A program made the position numbers and the translations under genes. 32,567 nt of DNA from contig JBKPQI010000020.1 of NCBI GenBank assembly GCA_046733975.1, positions 1 through 32,567 on the forward strand. Direction: 5' to 3'. The notes beneath the pieces were generated by a model. It did not search any database and was not told the DNA's origin. It was given only the letters and a program-made list of their open reading frames with translations. Each line of letters opens with the position of its first letter. Position 1 is the stretch's first letter. The DNA comes from Verrucomicrobiota bacterium. GTDB taxonomy: Bacteria > Verrucomicrobiota > Verrucomicrobiia > Chthoniobacterales > UBA10450. Of this stretch, positions 28,962-32,567 are shown piece by piece.

Positions 28962-31900
28962 ATGAGTATCCAGAACGAGGTCGAGCGTCGCGGGATGCAA
29001 ATCTTCGATCTGGTCGATCGCCATCCGGAATCGATTTTAAGCAAGGCCGGGTTTTACCAGCGCATGATGGAGTTCTCGATGCGCGACGAGCATTTCAAAG
29101 TGCAAATGTTCCGGTTCGTCGACGTCCTCGCTTCGCTGCGCCGCGGCTCCGACATCGTGCAGCATCTCGACGAGTATTTCGCGGACATGCGTAACGGATA
29201 CGCGCCGCTTATCCGCACCGGCGTGTCGCTGGCGCGCATTGTTCCAATCATCAGCGGAAAATTTCTGCGCTGGAATGTCTCGGGCATGGCGCGGCAGTTC
29301 ATCGCCGGCCGAAATCCGCAGGATGTGATGAAGACGCTGCGGAAAAAGCGGCGGCAGGGAATCGGATTCACTGTCGATCTGCTCGGCGAAGCGGTAGTCA
29401 GCGAGGAGGAAGCGGCGGAATACGCCGAGCGCTGCCAGCAATTGCTCGAGCATCTCGCTCGCGAAACACGCAGCTGGAGCGATCCGCTCGGTAGGAATTC
29501 AGAGCTGTTTCCGGTGGTCAATGTGTCGGTGAAGATTTCAGCGCTTTATTCACAGATGAATCCTGCCGATCCGGCCGACGCGATTGCGCATCTTGCTCCG
29601 AAACTCCGCCCGATCTTGCGCCGCGCCAGAGAGTTGGGCGCGTTCATCAACTTCGACATGGAAAGCTACGCGCACAAAAACGCGACGCTCGAACTTTTTC
29701 GCACGCTTTTTACCGAGGCGGAATTTCGCGATTGGCCACACGCCGGCATTGTTGTGCAAGCCTACTTACGCGATGCCGAAAAGGATCTGCGCGATCTAAT
29801 TGCGTGGGGACGAGCACGCGGCACGCGTTTCACTGTTCGTCTCGTCAAAGGCGCGTACTGGGATTACGAGAAGATTAAATCGACGCAAAACGGCTGGGTC
29901 ATCCCAGTCTGGCTGCAAAAGCCGGAGAGCGATGCAAATTTCGAAAGACTTACTCGCATCCTGCTCGAGAACGAATCGATCGTGACCTCCGCCTTCGGTT
30001 CGCACAATGTCCGCAGCATTGCTTACGCTCAGGCCCTGGCAGAAGAACTGCGGATCGATCGCAGCCGCTTCGAGTTCCAATTGCTTTACGGAATGGCCGG
30101 GCCGATCAAGCGCGCGCTCGTCGATATGGGTTATCGCGTCCGTGAATACTCGCCCGTCGGTGAACTGCTGCCGGGGATGTCTTACCTAGTGCGGCGGCTT
30201 CTCGAGAACACTTCGAACGAAGGATTTTTGCGGGCGAAATTTTCCGATCACGTCTCCGCTGCTCAATTATTGCGCGACCCGCGCGAATTGGTCAATGGCG
30301 AGACGCCATCGACGTCCATCATCCCGAGCGAAGTCGAAGCATCCCGCGGATCTTACCTCAAAGCTCACCCGACCGAATCCTTCGATTACGCTCAGGATGA
30401 CGGAATGGGTCGTAACGGGGCCACGCTTGAAACTCCACCGGGCGATACTTACAAAAACGCTTCACTGGTAAATTTCGTCGACCCCGAGTCGCAGGAAAAA
30501 ATGCGCATCGCGTTGCGCGAAGTGCGGGCGCGCTTTGGACAAAAGCATCCGCTCGTAATTGATGGTCAGGAGATTTGGACGGACAAACTGCTGAAGTCGG
30601 TAAATCCCAGTTTGCCGGACGAAATCGTCGGTTATGTCGCTGAAGCGGGAATCCCCGAAGCCGAACGTGCGGTAAAAGCAGCGCGCCGGGCTTTTGAAAC
30701 GTGGGCACGCACGCCGGTGGAAGAACGCTGCCGCGTACTCGAACGCGCGGCGGCCATTCTCGACCGGCGCCGTTTCGAACTTTCCGCGGTCGAAGTTTTC
30801 GAAGTTGGCAAAGCCTGGGCTGAAGCTGACGGGGATATCCGGGAGGCGATGGATTTTTGCCTGTTCTATGCCCAGCAAATGCGGCTCATCGGTTATCCTC
30901 GGCTGACGCAAAACGTGCCGGGCGAGGAAAGTTATCAGCATTACTGGCCGCGCGGCGTCGCCCTCGTCATCGCTCCGTGGAATTTCCCGATTGCGATTTT
31001 GTGCGGAATGGTGACGGCCGCGCTGGTTACGGGGAATGCGGTGATCATGAAACCAGCCGAGCCCTCCGCCATCCTGGGATCGCTTTTGATGGAGGTGTTC
31101 CAGGAAGCGGGTATTCCACCGGGCGTTTTGAACTTGTTGCACGGCCGCGGTTCTGTCATCGGCGCGCATTTGGTCGACCATCCGGATGTAGAAATGATCG
31201 CATTCACAGGCTCGCGCGAAGTGGGGCTGCGAATTTGGGAGTCAGCCGGCAAAACCCGGCCCGGCCAGCGCGAACTCAAGCGCGTAGTTTGCGAGATGGG
31301 CGGGAAGAATGCGGTGCTGGTCGATTCCGATGCCGATCTCGACGAAACTATCGTAGACACGATTTATTCCGCGTTCGGTTATTCAGGACAAAAGTGCTCC
31401 GCTTGTTCGCGACTGATTGTGCTCGAGGAAAATTACGAGCGCGTGATCCATCGTTTGCTCGCGGCGGCTGCCAGTCTGCGGGTGGGCAATCCGGAGGAGC
31501 CGGGAATCACTGTCGGCCCGGTGGTCGACGAAACTGCATATCGTCGCATTCAGGAAATCATCGAGATGGGCAAAACCGAAGCGACGCTTGCGTTCGAGGC
31601 CACCAATATTCCAGACAAAGGGTATTTCATTCCGCCGACGATTTTCACCGATGTGAAACCGGAGATGACGTTGAGTCAGGGTGAGATTTTTGGTCCAGTG
31701 TTGAGTGTGCTGAAAGCGCGCGACCTCGACGACGCGATCAGAATTGCCAACGACACCGATTATGCGCTCACTGCCGGATTCTTCTCACGCAGCCCGGCGA
31801 ATATAGAACGCGTGAAAGCGGAGCTCGTGGCGGGTAACGTTTACGTCAATCGTTCCTGCACCGGCGCAGTGGTGGGTCGTCACCCATTTGGTGGATTCAA

Positions 31901-32051
31901 AATGAGCGGCGGCGGCACCAAAGCCGGCGGCAGCGATTATCTCCTCAACTTCCTCGTTCCGCGCGTCGTCACCGAGAATATCATGCGCCACGGCTTCGCC
32001 CCCGAAGCCACCCCGGAGCGGCGCTCGGAATTTCTCTGGCCTCCGCGGTAA
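28962..32051 (+). CDS. putA: Bifunctional proline dehydrogenase / L-glutamate-gamma-semialdehyde (P5C) dehydrogenase
   Basis: The ORF is open from a TTG at 28929, and the ATG at 28962 is the likelier start. The PRODH half has FTVDLLGE, VKISALY, FDMESY, GIVVQAYLRD, RLVKGAYWDYE and YLVRRLLENTSNEGFL. The ALDH half has APWNFP, KPAE, FTGS, the catalytic CEMGGKN and QKCSACSR, EIFGPV and PFGGFKMSG. It contains repeat copy I in the linker. Confidence 0.92.
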   Translation: MSIQNEVERRGMQIFDLVDRHPESILSKAGFYQRMMEFSMRDEHFKVQMFRFVDVLASLRRGSDIVQHLDEYFADMRNGYAPLIRTGVSLARIVPIISGKFLRWNVSGMARQFIAGRNPQDVMKTLRKKRRQGIGFTVDLLGEAVVSEEEAAEYAERCQQLLEHLARETRSWSDPLGRNSELFPVVNVSVKISALYSQMNPADPADAIAHLAPKLRPILRRARELGAFINFDMESYAHKNATLELFRTLFTEAEFRDWPHAGIVVQAYLRDAEKDLRDLIAWGRARGTRFTVRLVKGAYWDYEKIKSTQNGWVIPVWLQKPESDANFERLTRILLENESIVTSAFGSHNVRSIAYAQALAEELRIDRSRFEFQLLYGMAGPIKRALVDMGYRVREYSPVGELLPGMSYLVRRLLENTSNEGFLRAKFSDHVSAAQLLRDPRELVNGETPSTSIIPSEVEASRGSYLKAHPTESFDYAQDDGMGRNGATLETPPGDTYKNASLVNFVDPESQEKMRIALREVRARFGQKHPLVIDGQEIWTDKLLKSVNPSLPDEIVGYVAEAGIPEAERAVKAARRAFETWARTPVEERCRVLERAAAILDRRRFELSAVEVFEVGKAWAEADGDIREAMDFCLFYAQQMRLIGYPRLTQNVPGEESYQHYWPRGVALVIAPWNFPIAILCGMVTAALVTGNAVIMKPAEPSAILGSLLMEVFQEAGIPPGVLNLLHGRGSVIGAHLVDHPDVEMIAFTGSREVGLRIWESAGKTRPGQRELKRVVCEMGGKNAVLVDSDADLDETIVDTIYSAFGYSGQKCSACSRLIVLEENYERVIHRLLAAAASLRVGNPEEPGITVGPVVDETAYRRIQEIIEMGKTEATLAFEATNIPDKGYFIPPTIFTDVKPEMTLSQGEIFGPVLSVLKARDLDDAIRIANDTDYALTAGFFSRSPANIERVKAELVAGNVYVNRSCTGAVVGRHPFGGFKMSGGGTKAGGSDYLLNFLVPRVVTENIMRHGFAPEATPERRSEFLWPPR
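30318..30401. repeat. Palindromic element copy I (full, 84 nt, in frame inside putA)
   Basis: Arms are atcatcccgagcgaagtcgaagcatccc ... gaatccttcgattacgctcaggatgac. It translates as IIPSEVEASRGSYLKAHPTESFDYAQDD without a stop. Confidence 0.85.
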
Positions 32052-32071
32052 GATCTGAATTGAATGGCCGT

Positions 32072-32365
32072 TTAATCGAGCGGGCTGCCTTTGAGCAGCA
32101 ATCGAATAACGCTGTAGATCATATAGCCGACCGGCCAGGCGGACGTCAGCATAACCAACGCGAAGACATACATCTCTTTCGCTCGTTCCCGCGCCGATTC
32201 CCGCATGAATTCACGCGTGAAATCATAAAATTTGCGATGGGCCGAATCTCCGCCATCCCCCGGAGCCGACCAGTAGCCACCCCACTCTCCCATGTCGGAG
32301 CGGAAACAATAGTCGGTCGCGGGAACCCGCCCCCTGTGGGTTTCGCACGGACTTTTCGGTTTCAT
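32072..32365 (-). CDS. Hypothetical small membrane protein (97 aa)
   Basis: I chose this over the overlapping plus-strand ORF 32060..32386. It has a plausible C-terminal TM helix (MYVFALVMLTSAWPVGYMIYSVIRLL) and a charged juxtamembrane segment. The plus-strand alternative is Arg-rich and featureless. Support is weak. Confidence 0.35.
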   Translation of the reverse strand: MKPKSPCETHRGRVPATDYCFRSDMGEWGGYWSAPGDGGDSAHRKFYDFTREFMRESARERAKEMYVFALVMLTSAWPVGYMIYSVIRLLLKGSPLD

Positions 32366-32400
32366 CGCCTGTGCTCCCTAGCTTGAATCGTTCCAAGCTA

Positions 32401-32567
32401 TCACATCACGCACGCCTTTGAAAGAAATGCGGCCACGCTGAGATTCAATTGTTCATCCAACGAATGATTTTCTCGGGCGCCTGAGATAAAACGCTCGTGG
32501 GCAGCACCCTCAATGGTAAAGAAGTCGATGAAAGGAAACTCCTGCGCCATTCGCACCGGTATTACCT
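32401..32567 (-). CDS. C-terminal fragment of a probable alpha/beta-hydrolase (gene continues beyond the window)
   Basis: The minus-strand frame reads ..VIPVRMAQEFPFIDFFTIEGAAHERFISGARENHSLDEQLNLSVAAFLSKACVM and stops at 32401..32403. The (I/V)xGAxH segment resembles the catalytic-His region of alpha/beta hydrolases. It is only a fragment. Confidence 0.4.
   Translation of the reverse strand, partial: VIPVRMAQEFPFIDFFTIEGAAHERFISGARENHSLDEQLNLSVAAFLSKACVM

Noticed and set aside
986-30401. Interpreting the recurring palindromic elements as a CRISPR array
   Set aside because: The copies are kilobases apart with irregular spacing and in mixed contexts, including coding sequence. Each is an inverted repeat pair rather than a direct repeat with unique spacers, and no cas genes are present.
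30462-31684. ORFs 30462..31181 (-) and 30857..31684 (+) within putA
   Set aside because: They are alternative-frame or antisense ORFs inside the aldehyde dehydrogenase half, whose catalytic motifs (CEMGGKN, EIFGPV, PFGGFKMSG) fix the true frame.

Overview
This is a 32.6-kb chromosomal segment, moderately GC-rich by eye (not computed). It is densely packed with about 30 protein-coding genes on both strands. I recognised no rRNA, tRNA, CRISPR array, transposase, integrase or phage structural gene. The gene content is mostly housekeeping and cell-envelope functions:
- SWIB-domain protein and a secreted thioredoxin-fold protein
- REC-PAS-HisKA-HATPase-REC hybrid histidine kinase
- NodB-type polysaccharide deacetylase
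- solo dynamin-like GTPase
- nadB and panC
- divergent LPS/glycan cluster: methyltransferase, RmlC-like cupin and GT2 on the minus strand; an LpxL-WaaF fusion, a hotdog thioesterase and an ArnT/PMT-like transferase on the plus strand
- small basic protein, pseudouridine synthase and SDR
- a small hypothetical/GNAT/Imm-like trio
- redoxin plus DsbD
- secreted metzincin with a tandem unknown domain and a downstream secreted partner
- lipoprotein, threonine aldolase and bifunctional PutA

The SWIB protein, the small basic protein and the general gene style suggest a PVC-superphylum (Verrucomicrobiota-like) soil bacterium. That assignment is inference only.

The most distinctive signal is not a gene. 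It is a family of GGATCC-centred palindromic elements (GTCATCCCGAGCG...CGCTCGGGATGAC) present at 9 loci. Several copies sit inside or form the ends of coding sequences. One is an in-frame 84-nt copy in the PutA interdomain linker. Others supply the C-terminal tails and stop codons of two enzymes, and one arm lies inside a GT2 catalytic region.

I could not identify a convincing canonical multi-gene defence or novel system. The best candidates for follow-up are the repeat exaptation events, the LpxL-WaaF fusion, the solo dynamin-like GTPase, the metzincin plus possible inhibitor-like partner, and the hairpin-bounded three-gene module. All function calls rest on motif recognition by eye, not on database searches.
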